Shown here one piece after another: positions 47,542 to 58,413 of a stretch of DNA of 64,000 nt (its first letter is position 1; each line of letters opens with the position of its first letter). The notes under the pieces were generated by a model. It searched no databases, was not told the DNA's origin, and saw nothing but the letters and a program-made list of their open reading frames with translations. Position numbers and translations under genes: made by a program. The stretch is from Thermoanaerobaculia bacterium (GTDB lineage: Bacteria > Acidobacteriota > Thermoanaerobaculia > Multivoradales > Multivoraceae). Where the stretch lies: positions 4,960,001 to 5,024,000 of the forward strand of contig OY761158.1 of NCBI GenBank assembly GCA_963664405.1, in the 5' to 3' direction.

Positions 47542-49956
47542 CTAGAGCACGCCACGGCGGTGTAGCAGCAGCCCTACCAGATAGCTCAGGAGGGCCATCG
47601 CAAACAGCCAGGGTGCCAGATGGATCTGCCGTGTTGCGAAGTCTTCCCCGGGCTCGAGAACCTCGGCGATGCCCGCGCCCAGGGTGCCGCCGGTTGCGGT
47701 TGCGAGAGTCTGGAGGAGGTCGATATCGGGGGGCCTGGGCAGGGTCTCGTCGGACTGGGGATAGTAGAGAGAGCGGAACGCTCTCGTCTCGCCATCGATC
47801 GAGAGCTCGAAGCGAAAGTCGCTGGCGGGGTCGGGGACGGCCTCGTAGACCGCTCCGAAAGAACCTGGAGCGCTTTGGGTGAGCTCTACTCGTCGATCGC
47901 CGCCGGCTCCTCCGACGAGCACCGAGGCCTTCACGTCGGTCCTCGGCTCACCATCGGCGTCATAGAGCTCGAGGGCGAGCTCGAAACGGCCTCCGCTGCG
48001 GGTGACTCCGAACTCGAGCTCGCGGGTCACTCGCTCGCCGGCCGCGTCTCTGAGAACCTGAGAGAAGAGAGTGCCAAACCCATCCCAGTCGATCCACTCT
48101 GCGGCCCAGCGCGGCTTGACGTCGGCAGCGAAGATCCACACCTTTCCGAGCCCCGACTGGCGAGAGGCGAGAAGAGGTTTCTCAGTCGTGGTCTCGAGCA
48201 CGACCTTGCCGTGCGGACTCGGCTCGAGGGTGACGAACCCGCGTAGAGCGGGAGCGCTTGTGATGTCGACTCCGTCGAGCACGGAGGCCTCGGAAAGAAC
48301 CGCAGCTTTGAACGATTTTTCGACCAGGGTGCGATCGCTCTTGCGACGCGCCTCGTCGATGAGAATGCTCTGGACTCTCGACGCGTCACGCACGAAATAG
48401 CTCTCGCCAGCACCCCACTCGGCAATTCGGTCGAGGAGCTCGCGGTCAGCACCTTCGCCGACGGCGACCGTCGAGACTGTGATCTCCTGCTTGCGTATCC
48501 GCGCCAGCAGGTCTTCGTAGTCGTCGAGATAGGTTTTGCCGTCGGTGATCAGGATGACGTGCTTGACCTCCGCCTCCGTCGCGCTGAGCTGGGCGAGGCA
48601 GCTCTCCAGAGCCGGGTAGAAGTTGGTCTGGGAGCTGGCCTGGATTCGATTGATCAGGTCGTTAATGGCCTCCCGATTCGCTGCCGACTGCAGCGGAACC
48701 GCGTCGATGCTCTGCGAGTCGAAGGCCACCATGCCGAAGCGTTGCTCGTCGTCGAGCTCGCCCAGCGCCGACTTCGTTGCCACTTTGGCCAGTTCCATCT
48801 TCGGGCCGTTCATGCTGTAGCTCTTGTCGAGAGCGATCATCAGGGCCAGGTCCACTCGCTCCTCCTGCAATCGAAAGCTGAGCGGCAGAATGGTCTCCAG
48901 AGGGCCACCGCTCCAACCTCCTTCACCGAAGGTGCGGGGCCCGGCGGCGAAGAAGAGGCCGGTGCCACGAGTCGTGACCCAGTCGACAATCGCCTGTTGA
49001 GTCGTCTCCGGGAAGTCGGCGGGTGTGACGTCGCTGAGCACCAGGGCACGCCAATCACCCGCTTCGAGTTGTCGTAAAAGGGCGGCGGGGGTCGTGCTCG
49101 TGATCTCGAAGCCGCGCCGATTGAGCGCCGACCACAGTGGGCTCAGGCCGTCTCCGGACTCCACTAGAAGAATAGGAGTCGGGCGGTGAACGTCGAGAGT
49201 CTGTCGCCAGCCGATCGGGGCGCCTTCAATTCGGAGCTGTAGAGGAGCTCGACCGGTCTTCGCCAGGGTGAGCTCGATGCGATGCGTCGTGCCACCGGCC
49301 TCGAGCGTGATGCGCTTGGACGACTCCTCTCCGGCGCCCACGCTCCACGCAAGCTCGACCTCGGTGCCCTCCGCCGCCAGGATGTCGACCTCCAGGGGGA
49401 CGGTGGCGTTGGCGGGGGAGCCCAGCGGCAGTCGGGTGGCGGCAATCCGGGGTGGCTGCGGCGCCCCCGAGGCGAGCCGAGGAAAGACACGGATCTGATT
49501 CTGGATCAGAGCCGGAAGAGCCCGCTTGGCGCTGCCCGTCGTCTGATTGCCATCGCTGATAAGAAGAATGCGCGAGACACGATCGAAGCGCGCTCGCTCG
49601 ATGGCGGCAAACAGTGCGGTCTCCAGATCGGTCGAAGCGCGGTCGAGAGAGTCTTCGGGAATCTCGGTGTCGGCGACCCCGGTTGAACTGTCGTAGAGCT
49701 TGAGGTCCGACAGCCCCTCGGCGTTGGTCAGGCGGAGGCTGCGGTCGGCAAAGGCGATGACTTCGAGATCAGGGTCCAATGTCGAGAGGTCTTCGATGTT
49801 CTGGCTCAGGTCTTGACCCGCAATGCTTCGTGAAACGTCGATCACCGGGATGAGCTCGACGACCCGCCCCTTGGTCTGTACCAACGGTAGTGTCAGTCCG
49901 GCAAGTAGGCAGACGCCGGCGATGAGGTGAAAGAGGCCGCGGCGCAAACCAGTCAC
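47542..49956 (-). CDS. double VWA/glutamine amidotransferase-like membrane protein
   Basis: MIDAS-like DVSRS and DKSYS, ITDG; GTGA overlap start. Confidence 0.85.
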   Translation of the reverse strand: MTGLRRGLFHLIAGVCLLAGLTLPLVQTKGRVVELIPVIDVSRSIAGQDLSQNIEDLSTLDPDLEVIAFADRSLRLTNAEGLSDLKLYDSSTGVADTEIPEDSLDRASTDLETALFAAIERARFDRVSRILLISDGNQTTGSAKRALPALIQNQIRVFPRLASGAPQPPRIAATRLPLGSPANATVPLEVDILAAEGTEVELAWSVGAGEESSKRITLEAGGTTHRIELTLAKTGRAPLQLRIEGAPIGWRQTLDVHRPTPILLVESGDGLSPLWSALNRRGFEITSTTPAALLRQLEAGDWRALVLSDVTPADFPETTQQAIVDWVTTRGTGLFFAAGPRTFGEGGWSGGPLETILPLSFRLQEERVDLALMIALDKSYSMNGPKMELAKVATKSALGELDDEQRFGMVAFDSQSIDAVPLQSAANREAINDLINRIQASSQTNFYPALESCLAQLSATEAEVKHVILITDGKTYLDDYEDLLARIRKQEITVSTVAVGEGADRELLDRIAEWGAGESYFVRDASRVQSILIDEARRKSDRTLVEKSFKAAVLSEASVLDGVDITSAPALRGFVTLEPSPHGKVVLETTTEKPLLASRQSGLGKVWIFAADVKPRWAAEWIDWDGFGTLFSQVLRDAAGERVTRELEFGVTRSGGRFELALELYDADGEPRTDVKASVLVGGAGGDRRVELTQSAPGSFGAVYEAVPDPASDFRFELSIDGETRAFRSLYYPQSDETLPRPPDIDLLQTLATATGGTLGAGIAEVLEPGEDFATRQIHLAPWLFAMALLSYLVGLLLHRRGVL

Positions 49957-51635
49957 TCCAGATACCCTCGCTGCCTCAGCGCAAATTCGACGGCCAGCAG
50001 CGCCAGGGCCAACAAGACCAGCACGACCTCCGGAGACCACGCCGCCGCGGCCGGGCTCGCCGTTGTCGCCTCCGTGCGTCTCCGATTGATGTCGGTGACC
50101 TCGGCCCCCAGGGGCTCGATCGCGCTGATCTCGGCACGACCTTTCGAGTGGCTGAGCTTGACCAACTGGGGGCGGTCCGCCTCGTCGTCAGCGTAGCCTG
50201 ACCATCCCGCTTCTCGTGGTGGCTTGGCGACGGTCAGCGAAAGCGCATCCAGAGCCAGCTCGACCAGGGCCGGGAACTGTGCGTCGAGGTGAACCGAAGA
50301 GGCCTCGGGATCGAAGCTGAGGACCGCGATCCGCGGCGGCTCGGCCTCGCTCCCGAGAACGAAGAGCAGTGGGGCGTCCTCGCCGGTCCACAGTGTCTCG
50401 GCCTGCGGGACGCTGTAGCGACGGAGGGCCTCGAAGGCGACGTGGCGCGGGGCAACACCTGGAAGCGCCCACGAAGTTTCTGCAAAGATCGCGGGCGCTG
50501 CGGCCTGCTCCACCGGCAACCATGGGCGATCCGGCGGGTTGACCAACAGAGTCGGCCCACCGGGTCGCTCGACGGGCGCGTCGTGGTACCAAACGTCCAC
50601 TTCGTAGCGCTTCACTTCGAGATCGGGGCCCGGGCGGAGCGCCGTCAAGGTCGGGTCGGCGGCGACCACTCGATCGATCGGCTCGCAGACCCCGTGGACT
50701 TGGAGGCGTCGTGGCAGGAGCGCCTGGGTGACGACCCACGCCTGGTCGTCCAGATCGAGCGCATCGTCCGGGCTGGTGACGGTTGCTCGGAACCATTGGG
50801 CCTCGAGCGTCGGCAGGGGCTCGAGGCGGACGGTCGCCGACCACAGCTCGCCGGCTTCCAGACTCAGAGTCTGACGTGCGAAGACTCTCCCTTCCTGGTC
50901 CGAGATCGCGACTTCGACAGCGGCTTCGCGGGGACCGGCGTTGGTGACTTCGAGCAGTGCCGCCGGTTGGCGTGCCCTACGTTGGGTGACCGCGAACCGA
51001 GTCAGGCCGACGTTGGGCTCGGGCTCGAAGACACTGACGATGGCGGCCCCGTCGGGTGCTCCAAGATCGGCGACACCGTCGGTGACTACCCACAGCGGCC
51101 GGCCGTCTGAGCTCGAGCCGGGAATCCTCGGCGGGCGAGCCGCGTGGAGCTCGAGCTCATCGAGCTTCTCGAGGGCGGCTCGACGGCTGCGGAGCTCGCC
51201 GCTGTTGACGCCGCCGGTGGTGTCCGAGATCGTGATCGGCGGGGCCGCATTGCGGATCAGTCGGCGTGCTGTCGAGAGGGCGCGGTCGAGGCGGGTCTGT
51301 CGTCCACCGGAGCGGGCGCCCATTGTCGCGGAGGTGTCGATCACCAGCCTCGGCCGGGTCAGCTCCGGCGCGGCTCGTTGCGCCCCGGTGAAGGCCATGC
51401 CGATCAGAAGCGCGATTGCCGCTGACACCAGCAGTGAGAGCAGCCAGCGAAGGAGGTCCCGTTTGCGCCGCCGCCGCCGCGCGACCTCCTCCCAGAGAAG
51501 GATCGAAGATACCGGCTGCCTCCGAGCCGGCGGGCGCAGCAGGTAGAGAAGGATAACCGCGGCTGCGGTGCTCAGTAGGACTGCGACGGCAAGCGCGTAG
51601 GGCAGGGTGGAGAAAGAGAGAGTCGCGGGGCTCAT
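49953..51635 (-). CDS. BatA/VWA domain protein
   Basis: LYLLRP...VSSILLW (BatA N-terminus), DTSATM, TDG. Confidence 0.85.
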   Translation of the reverse strand: MSPATLSFSTLPYALAVAVLLSTAAAVILLYLLRPPARRQPVSSILLWEEVARRRRRKRDLLRWLLSLLVSAAIALLIGMAFTGAQRAAPELTRPRLVIDTSATMGARSGGRQTRLDRALSTARRLIRNAAPPITISDTTGGVNSGELRSRRAALEKLDELELHAARPPRIPGSSSDGRPLWVVTDGVADLGAPDGAAIVSVFEPEPNVGLTRFAVTQRRARQPAALLEVTNAGPREAAVEVAISDQEGRVFARQTLSLEAGELWSATVRLEPLPTLEAQWFRATVTSPDDALDLDDQAWVVTQALLPRRLQVHGVCEPIDRVVAADPTLTALRPGPDLEVKRYEVDVWYHDAPVERPGGPTLLVNPPDRPWLPVEQAAAPAIFAETSWALPGVAPRHVAFEALRRYSVPQAETLWTGEDAPLLFVLGSEAEPPRIAVLSFDPEASSVHLDAQFPALVELALDALSLTVAKPPREAGWSGYADDEADRPQLVKLSHSKGRAEISAIEPLGAEVTDINRRRTEATTASPAAAAWSPEVVLVLLALALLAVEFALRQRGYLE

Positions 51636-52591
51636 CGGAGGAGGTAGCCGGTCTTGAAGATCTGTCGCAGCTGGTCCGACAGAGGCTGGTCGGTCCTGGC
51701 CCTGATGTAGCTCCAGTGGCGCTTCCGGCATAACGACTCGAATTGCTGATGCTGCTCGCTCAGAAGGTCGCGATAGTCGAGCAGGGTGTCGTGACTGGCG
51801 TTGATCAGGGCTTCGCCGCCGGTCTCGACGTCGACGAGTAGGGCTCGGCCGGCGAGACGAGGCTCTTCTTCCAGAGCTGACGCGATCCGAATCGCCATCA
51901 GGTCGAAGCCGGCGCCGAAGCGTTGGAGAGCGCTCTGCGCAGTCGCGTCGAAGAAGTCGGAGATGATGATCAGCAGGCCTCGCTTGCGGGGGCTCTCGAG
52001 AAAGCTGATGAGCGCCCGGTCGTGCGCCGTTTCACCCGCCGGCGTCAGGCCTTCGAGGTGGCGAAACACTCGATGGATCTCGTTGGGGCCGCGTAGTCCC
52101 CGCAGCTCCGAACCGGTGGTGGTCGAGTAGGTGACCAGGTTGACGCGGTCCAGGTTGCTGAGGCCGACATAGACCAGGGCTGCCGCGAGTCGACGCGCGA
52201 GGTCGAACTTGGTCTGGGCGTTGCCGTCGCCGGCCGCATCGAAGCCCATCGAGGCGCTGGTGTCGAGGAGCACCGCGATGGGGAGCTCGGTCTCTTCCTG
52301 AAACATACGGATCAGCAGCTTGTCGAAGCGAAGGTAGGCCGGCCAGTCGACGAAGCGCAGTGAGTCGCCGTCGACATAGGGGCGATAGTCGGCGAACTCG
52401 ATGCCGGAGCCCCTTCTCTTCGAACGATGCTCCCCACGGAGCGCACCTGGCGTAAGGCGACGCGAGACCAGGCGGTAATGATCGAGCTGGGCGAGGAAGT
52501 GCCGGTCGAAGAGCCCCTCACGACCACCCTCCGACGGGGTCGGGCCAGTGCCATGGGAGTGGCGCCAAGGGGTCGGCAGAGACCAGGGCAA
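51632..52591 (-). CDS. DUF58 protein
   Basis: GSGIEFADYRPYVDGD, DTSASM, ISDF; probable TTG start right after the MITE. Confidence 0.9.
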   Translation of the reverse strand: MPWSLPTPWRHSHGTGPTPSEGGREGLFDRHFLAQLDHYRLVSRRLTPGALRGEHRSKRRGSGIEFADYRPYVDGDSLRFVDWPAYLRFDKLLIRMFQEETELPIAVLLDTSASMGFDAAGDGNAQTKFDLARRLAAALVYVGLSNLDRVNLVTYSTTTGSELRGLRGPNEIHRVFRHLEGLTPAGETAHDRALISFLESPRKRGLLIIISDFFDATAQSALQRFGAGFDLMAIRIASALEEEPRLAGRALLVDVETGGEALINASHDTLLDYRDLLSEQHQQFESLCRKRHWSYIRARTDQPLSDQLRQIFKTGYLLR

Positions 52592-52592
52592 G

Positions 52593-52759
52593 CTAGACCA
52601 GCGTTTCCAAAGTTCGCGCACCCTATCTCGGCCCCTTCTGCCCGCTGGCTGCGTTTCGCCTCCTCGACATATTGCCCAATATGCCTGCGTCGGCGCGCCT
52701 GGCCAGCGAACAGAATGGGCTCGAGCTATGCAACACGAACTTTGGAAACGCTGGTCTAG
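52593..52759. mobile_element. MITE family B, copy 2 (at the moxR stop codon)
   Basis: TIR CTAGACCAGCGTTTCCAAAGTTCG / CGAACTTTGGAAACGCTGGTCTAG; interior homologous to 9290-9455. Confidence 0.9.
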
Positions 52760-53733
52760 GTAACCTGATCGAGGATGTCGGTGATCAGCTTGTTGGTACT
52801 GATCCCTTCGGCCTGACCTTCGAAGTTGAGCAGGATGCGGTGGCGCAGAGTCGGGAGGGCAACCGCATGAAGATCTTCGACCGATACATAGGGGCGGTCG
52901 TTCTGAAGGGCACGGACTTTGGCGGCGAGGACTATGGATTGCGTTCCGCGGGGGCTGGCGCCGACGCTGACAAAGCGTTTGATGGCCTCAGGAGCGTCAC
53001 TCTCCTGGGGGTGCGTGAGCAGCGTGGCCCGGATTGCAACATCGAGAACGTCGTCGGCGATCGGCACCGAGCGCACCACCCGTCGCAACTCGATGATCGA
53101 CTCTGCGTCGAGAACCGTCTTCACCTCCGGGGTCTGGGTCCCGGTCGTCCGATTGAGGATCTCCCGTAGCTCCTCGGCCGACGGATACTGCATTTCGAGC
53201 TTCATGAAGAAGCGGTCGAGCTGCGCTTCGGGAAGGGGATAGGTGCCCTCCATCTCGATCGGGTTCTGGGTGGCGAGAACGAAGAAGGGCTCGTCGAGTT
53301 TGTGGCTGGTGCGGCCCACCGACACCGTTCGCTCCTGCATCGCCTCGAGCAGCGCCGACTGGGTCTTCGGTGTCGCACGGTTGATCTCGTCGGCGAGAAG
53401 CAGGTTGGTGAAGACCGGGCCGGGGCGAAAACGGAGGGCTCGACCGCCGTGAGCGTCCTCCTGGAGAATCTGGGTGCCGATGATGTCCCCGGGCATGAGA
53501 TCGGGGGTGAACTGCACTCGGGAGAAACCGATGTCGAGGACCTCAGAGAGGGTGTGGGCCAGTTGCGACTTGCCGAGGCCTGGAACGCCCTCGATCAAGA
53601 CGTGGCCGTCTGCAAGTAGACAGGTGAGAATCGCCTCTACGCTTTCGGTCTGGCCTACGATCACTCGACCGACTTCGTCGATCAACGCCGCGAAGCTGGT
53701 ACGGAAATCTGCCAATCGACTTTCGGGATTCAT
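52756..53733 (-). CDS. moxR: MoxR AAA+ ATPase
   Basis: EGVPGLGKS, RVQFTPDLMP, DEINRATPKTQSALLEAM, NPIEMEGTYPLPEAQLDRF. Confidence 0.95.
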   Translation of the reverse strand: MNPESRLADFRTSFAALIDEVGRVIVGQTESVEAILTCLLADGHVLIEGVPGLGKSQLAHTLSEVLDIGFSRVQFTPDLMPGDIIGTQILQEDAHGGRALRFRPGPVFTNLLLADEINRATPKTQSALLEAMQERTVSVGRTSHKLDEPFFVLATQNPIEMEGTYPLPEAQLDRFFMKLEMQYPSAEELREILNRTTGTQTPEVKTVLDAESIIELRRVVRSVPIADDVLDVAIRATLLTHPQESDAPEAIKRFVSVGASPRGTQSIVLAAKVRALQNDRPYVSVEDLHAVALPTLRHRILLNFEGQAEGISTNKLITDILDQVT

Positions 53734-55121
53734 GGCTCGGCGTCTTCCTCTCTCGGTCCTGCCGGTGCGAAGTAGTTCAGAAGTAGGGAGCGCCACGCTG
53801 GCTCGACCTGAAAGGGCTCGAGGCTCGAGTCGACTCCCCGCCAGTCGCCTCGCCGCGCCAGCTCCAGGCCGAGCTCACTGTCTTGCTCGCGGCTGGACCG
53901 CCAACGACGGTCTTTGCTGTCTGGATCTTTCTCCTCTCGCTCACGGAGCAGGGCCTGCTCCAGGGTCACGAGGTAGTCTTCGCTGGCTTCTCCGAGGAGC
54001 GTGCTCTCTCCGCCGTCGTTGGGCGTGCCAGGCTCGTCGCCGCCCTGTGCGCCTTGTCGAGGTATGGCGCCGTCGCTAGGCACCTGGCCATCGGCCGCCT
54101 CTGATTGCGGAGTAGTCGGCTCGCCCTCGGCGGATGAGGCCTCCGAGGATTGCTCTTCGTCAGAGGTGCCGGCGTCTCCGCTTGGCGATCCCTGCGAGTC
54201 GTTCTCCTGGGCGTCGCTCGACGCCGCATCTTTCGGGTCACTGGGTTGGCGAGAGTCGATTCGACGCCGCTCGAGCTCATTGAAGGCGTCACCAAGCGAA
54301 TCGTGGGAGGGAAGTTGGAGGAGCTTGAGAGGTGAATCCGCATCGTCGGCTTCGTCCCCCATGGCGGGGCCGCTCAAGATCTCCGGTAGCGCCTCGAGAA
54401 TCTCGGTCGACAACATCCCCTCGTCGCCCTCCTCGATCTGGGGGAGGTAGATCTCGGTCAGCTTCAGGTCCTCTCCGAGCCGTAGGCGGCGGGAGGACTC
54501 AGTCCGAGACTCCTCCTCCTCGCCGTCACTCATCTCGGCCGCCGCTACCGCCCCCGACTGGCTTCCTGGCGGCTGAGACTCTGCAGCCCCGGGTAACATG
54601 GCGATCCGGTTCGAGCTCGTCTGGAGGAGATTGACACGCGGCATCATCCATACTGCGACGAGGAAAGCGAGCGCTCCCCAGAGCGCCCAGGGGACGATCA
54701 GAGGTACCAGGCGTTTGAGATCGATTCGAGCGAGTGCATGCGATGCGCGCTCGCGAATGAGACGATGCCAGCCAAAGGGATCTTCGGCTTGCGGGCTGAG
54801 ACTGACGGCGGTGAGGAGCAGGTCGTCGAGCTCGGCCTCGTGGTCGATGATCCGAGCTCCGGCGCTGACTGCAGACCGCGGTGGGAAGAAGAGGGCGGCG
54901 CCCAGTCGGACGAGCGCGGCGGCAAGCACAACAAGTACCAGCACGACGATGGTTGTGAGAACGGTCGCCGGCGCGCCGGTCGGGGGAGCGAGGCGCAGCA
55001 GCAGTGACGAGATCGCGGCCGCGGCCAAGAGCCAGATCAGCGGGGAGGTGCCTTCCGCCCAGCGTCGACGTCGGTATGCCGACAGCAATGGCTTGGTTAT
55101 AAGACTCAATCGCTCATCCAC
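53730..55121 (-). CDS. membrane protein with an acidic low-complexity region (MoxR-operon associated)
   Basis: TM helices, acidic Ser/Gly-rich tail, C-terminal WRSLLLNYF; coupled to moxR. Confidence 0.75.
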   Translation of the reverse strand: MDERLSLITKPLLSAYRRRRWAEGTSPLIWLLAAAAISSLLLRLAPPTGAPATVLTTIVVLVLVVLAAALVRLGAALFFPPRSAVSAGARIIDHEAELDDLLLTAVSLSPQAEDPFGWHRLIRERASHALARIDLKRLVPLIVPWALWGALAFLVAVWMMPRVNLLQTSSNRIAMLPGAAESQPPGSQSGAVAAAEMSDGEEEESRTESSRRLRLGEDLKLTEIYLPQIEEGDEGMLSTEILEALPEILSGPAMGDEADDADSPLKLLQLPSHDSLGDAFNELERRRIDSRQPSDPKDAASSDAQENDSQGSPSGDAGTSDEEQSSEASSAEGEPTTPQSEAADGQVPSDGAIPRQGAQGGDEPGTPNDGGESTLLGEASEDYLVTLEQALLREREEKDPDSKDRRWRSSREQDSELGLELARRGDWRGVDSSLEPFQVEPAWRSLLLNYFAPAGPREEDAEP

Positions 55122-55157
55122 TCATTGACCACCAACCGAAGGGGAAGTCCCCCCAAG

Positions 55158-55517
55158 CTACGAATATAGCGCGCCGGACGGTCTCAAGGACCAAACCTCT
55201 TCGGCTCCGATCGCTTGCCGCAGTGGCTCCACAGAGGCAGGGAAGCAAGCCAGGGAGCCGGCCGAGAATAGATGAGTTGCACATTTGCAGTCAGAAGCGC
55301 CGAAGCCTTTCGGAGCCGCGATGGGCACGCCGATCGATTCCAGCGCCGCGGCCCATGCGCATTCGAGGCGCTGCGAATCATAGGACACGAACGCGAGTAG
55401 TGGTTCTGCCTCTTGTCGGAGGTAGTCGACGTGCCAGTGGAGTCGATCGACAGGTCGGGCGTGGCGGCGCAGTCTAGCCGCCGGGCCGCCCGGGCCCCGT
55501 GCACTCCCCACGTACAC
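55158..55517 (-). pseudogene. GIY-YIG/DUF123 nuclease, 5'-truncated
   Basis: YVGSARGPGG...RH...HWHVDYL...EC...FGASDC.C.THLF; the N-terminal strand is missing. Confidence 0.75.
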
Positions 55518-55674
55518 ACTTGTGTGACTGGGCGTTGGTCAAGACCGTCGTACCCTCGGGCACGAGACTGGAATGGGCGATGAAGACGATGGGCTGTCCA
55601 GGGAAATCGAACTGATAGACAAACTGATCCGTTGTCATCCCAGGCTCCGGCTGAACCACCGATGCACCGCCGAG

Positions 55675-56090
55675 CTGTCGAGCGGCGGCACCTCGACCGG
55701 CTACTCCGGGATCTGGTTCGGCTTGGCGCGCGCAAGACCGGGGGCACACTCACGACTTTCGAGATCGATCCCCAACGAGCGGCAACCGCGCGTGCGAACT
55801 TCGAGCGTGCAGGGTTGAGTGAGCTCATCACCCTGATCGAGGGAGATGCCCACGACAAAGTGGCCGCGGTCGAGGGCCCCATCGACATCGTCTTTCTCGA
55901 TGCCGACAAGGATGGCTATATCGACTATCTGAACAAGCTCTTGCCTCTCCTCCGCGACGGTGGGCTGGTGATTGCCCACAACATCACCCCTCGAATGGCC
56001 GACCCCGCCTACATGGAGGCGATCACCACGAATCCCGATCTGGAGACGATCGTGCGCGATGGCGTCGGCTTGACGCTCAAGAAGAGGTAA
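55675..56090 (+). pseudogene. O-methyltransferase, 5'-truncated and frameshifted near 55729
   Basis: GTSTGYSGIWFGLA and RKTGGTLTTFEIDP...IDIVFLDADKDGY...IAHN are in different frames. Confidence 0.8.
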
Positions 56091-56112
56091 AGAAGGGCTC
56101 GCCGCCGCCGAG

Positions 56113-57033
56113 CTACCTGAAAGCGGAGATCACCTCTTCTTCGAACTGCTTCAGGCGCGCCACGTCTCCGGACCTGATTGCGCCGAAGATGACCTCGGCG
56201 ACACCGGCCTCCTCGAACTCGCCGATGCGGTCGACTACGTACTGGCGCGAGCCGGCGACGGTGCCTGGGCCGAGCGAGGCTGTGACGCGCTCGATCATCC
56301 CCGTGTCCTCGGTCAGATAGCAGGGCATCATAACCGTCCTGCGAATCTCAGCCGGATCGCGACCGCAATCTACACAGTGTTGCTCGAGGATCCCGGCCTT
56401 GTACTTGTAGTAGTCCAGAGCCAGGCCTTTCCCAGCCCAGCCATCCAGGTTCATGACGTCGCCGTACCTCGCCAGGGTGCGCAGCGTCCGCTTGGGGCCG
56501 CTGCCGCCGACCATGATCGGGATCGGCCGCTCGTATGAGCCGGGTGAGAGAGGTGCCTTGTCGAGCTGGTAGTACTTGCCGTTGTAGTCGACCGGCCCGT
56601 CGGAGTGGATTAACAGCCGAATGAGCTCTACCGCCTCCTCGAAACGATCCTGGCGCTCTTTCATCGTCGGGAAGGTCCAGCCGTAGGCGTCGTGCTCACG
56701 TTCGCACCAGCCGGCGCCGATCGCCAGGGTGAAGCGTCCTTCGGTCATGGTGTCGATGGTGCCGGCCATCTTGGCGACCAGTGCCGGGTTGCGATAGGTG
56801 TTGCCGATGACCAGGTTCCCGAGTCTCAGCTTCTTGGTCATGCCACCGGCGAAGGCGATGGCCGAGATGCCTTCGAACGCAGTCAGGGACTCATTCTCGA
56901 GGCTGGCGCGGGGCGGTACGAAGTGGTCGGCGAACCAGACACTGTTCCAGGGGCCGGCCTCCATGGCTTCGACGGAGGCTCTCACCGCCTCCCACTCGGT
57001 CTGATAGACGCTTACCTGTACTCCAAAATCCAT
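56113..57033 (-). CDS. LLM-class (F420-dependent-like) oxidoreductase
   Basis: SVWFADHF, NTYRNPALVAKMA, GRFTLAIGAGW, IPIMVGGSG. Confidence 0.92.
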   Translation of the reverse strand: MDFGVQVSVYQTEWEAVRASVEAMEAGPWNSVWFADHFVPPRASLENESLTAFEGISAIAFAGGMTKKLRLGNLVIGNTYRNPALVAKMAGTIDTMTEGRFTLAIGAGWCEREHDAYGWTFPTMKERQDRFEEAVELIRLLIHSDGPVDYNGKYYQLDKAPLSPGSYERPIPIMVGGSGPKRTLRTLARYGDVMNLDGWAGKGLALDYYKYKAGILEQHCVDCGRDPAEIRRTVMMPCYLTEDTGMIERVTASLGPGTVAGSRQYVVDRIGEFEEAGVAEVIFGAIRSGDVARLKQFEEEVISAFR

Positions 57034-57087
57034 GCTTCGAGTCTCCTCTCGTTTCGTCGTCGACGGCGGTCGGTGGGCTTTGGGCGC

Positions 57088-57714
57088 CTACGACCCCGGC
57101 GCTCTTGTGATCTTGAATTGGCCGAGCACCGACGGATCGGCAGTGAGCTCCTGGTCACCTTCGGGGAAGTCGTTCCGAGCCATGATGTAGGCGAGGATTC
57201 TGACATAGGTCTGCGCTGGAAGGCTATTGGGTGCATTGGGCGGCATTGCACTCTGCATCGCGGTGAAGAGCTCGCGGAGGGATTTGTTCTCCCAGACGAA
57301 TTGAAAGCTCTCTCCGACCAGGCTGGGTGCTGTGCCGTCCCCCTGCAGATTCAGGAAGTGACAGGTGGAACAGGATCTTCGGTATTGCGCCCCTCCGAGC
57401 CTCGCCTGCTCGGCGGAGTAGGCTCCGGCCCAGACCGACTTCGTGGCCTCGACCACCGGGCTCGTGGCGCCGGTCACCGGGCTGGTCACCTCGACGCTCG
57501 CCGTAGCGGTCGGCATCACCCTCGCCCCTCGACCCGGCAGCGCGAAGACATGGATCGAGTTGCCGTTGTTCGGGCGACGGATGTGGGGCGTGAGATCTCG
57601 CGGCAGCATGGTCGACCAGCTGGCACCGCCGGTCCCCGAGGGGATCGCAATGTACTGCGTGCCGTCGGCCAGATAAGAGACCGGAAAGCCCTGGGCGGAG
57701 GTGGGCAGGCGCGT
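57088..57714 (-). pseudogene. 3' fragment of a PQQ dehydrogenase with C-terminal cytochrome c
   Basis: TRLPTSAQGFPVSYLADGTQYIAI, SIHVFALP, SVWAGAYSAEQARLG, CSTCH. Confidence 0.75.
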
Positions 57715-58130
57715 GTGCCGAAGGCCTCGATGATCCAGCCAAGCACCAGAGCGCCGATGGGGGCGCTGCCGATCTGGCCGACGCTGAAGACCGAGAGCAC
57801 CCGTCCGCGGAAGGCGGGAGCCGCCGATTCCTGGACGATCGAGCGGGCGCGAGTCGAGGTCACCCCCATATTGAGGCCCCAAGAGACCGTGGCGACCACC
57901 AGCAGCCACCAGCTCGGCTCGATCCACAGCAGCATCAGAATCACCAGACGCGAGAGCTGCATGAGCAGAAACAGCCGCCCGGGTTGAGCGAAAGGCATCC
58001 AGCGCAGCATGGCGCCAGCGAAGAAAGCCACCATCATGCCGGCGAGAAGCGCGGCGTTGCCTCCGTAGATGCGCTTGATGTGAATGGGAAGACGGTCATG
58101 AAGGCGCCGGCGTTGAAGATAACTACGGCG
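57715..58130 (-). pseudogene. MFS transporter internal fragment
   Basis: RSIVQESAAPAFRGRVLSVF...GSAPIGALVLGWIIE. Confidence 0.7.
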
Positions 58131-58149
58131 AGTACTCGAGCGTCGCCGG

Positions 58150-58200
58150 CTCCGGCGGGCTTGGGCCCAGATGATCAGGCGGATCTACGAGGTGGATCTC
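58150..58200 (+). pseudogene. IS91-family-like transposase C-terminal remnant
   Basis: RAWAQMIRRIYEVDL resembles the WA.LI.+IYEVDP motif. Confidence 0.45.
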
Positions 58201-58413
58201 TCAGGTCCAGGCTGTCAATCCCTTCCTGATACTGGTCTTGATTCCTACCTTCACCTACCTCGTCTACCCACAGGTCGACAGATATACCAAGGTTACGCCG
58301 CTGCGAAAGATCGGGGCGGGCCTGTTTCTGACCAGCGTCGACAGTGGCGGGCGAGCACGCGGAGTTGAACTACAATGACCAACAAATGCTCGCCTCCGAA
58401 CCGAGGTCAATGA

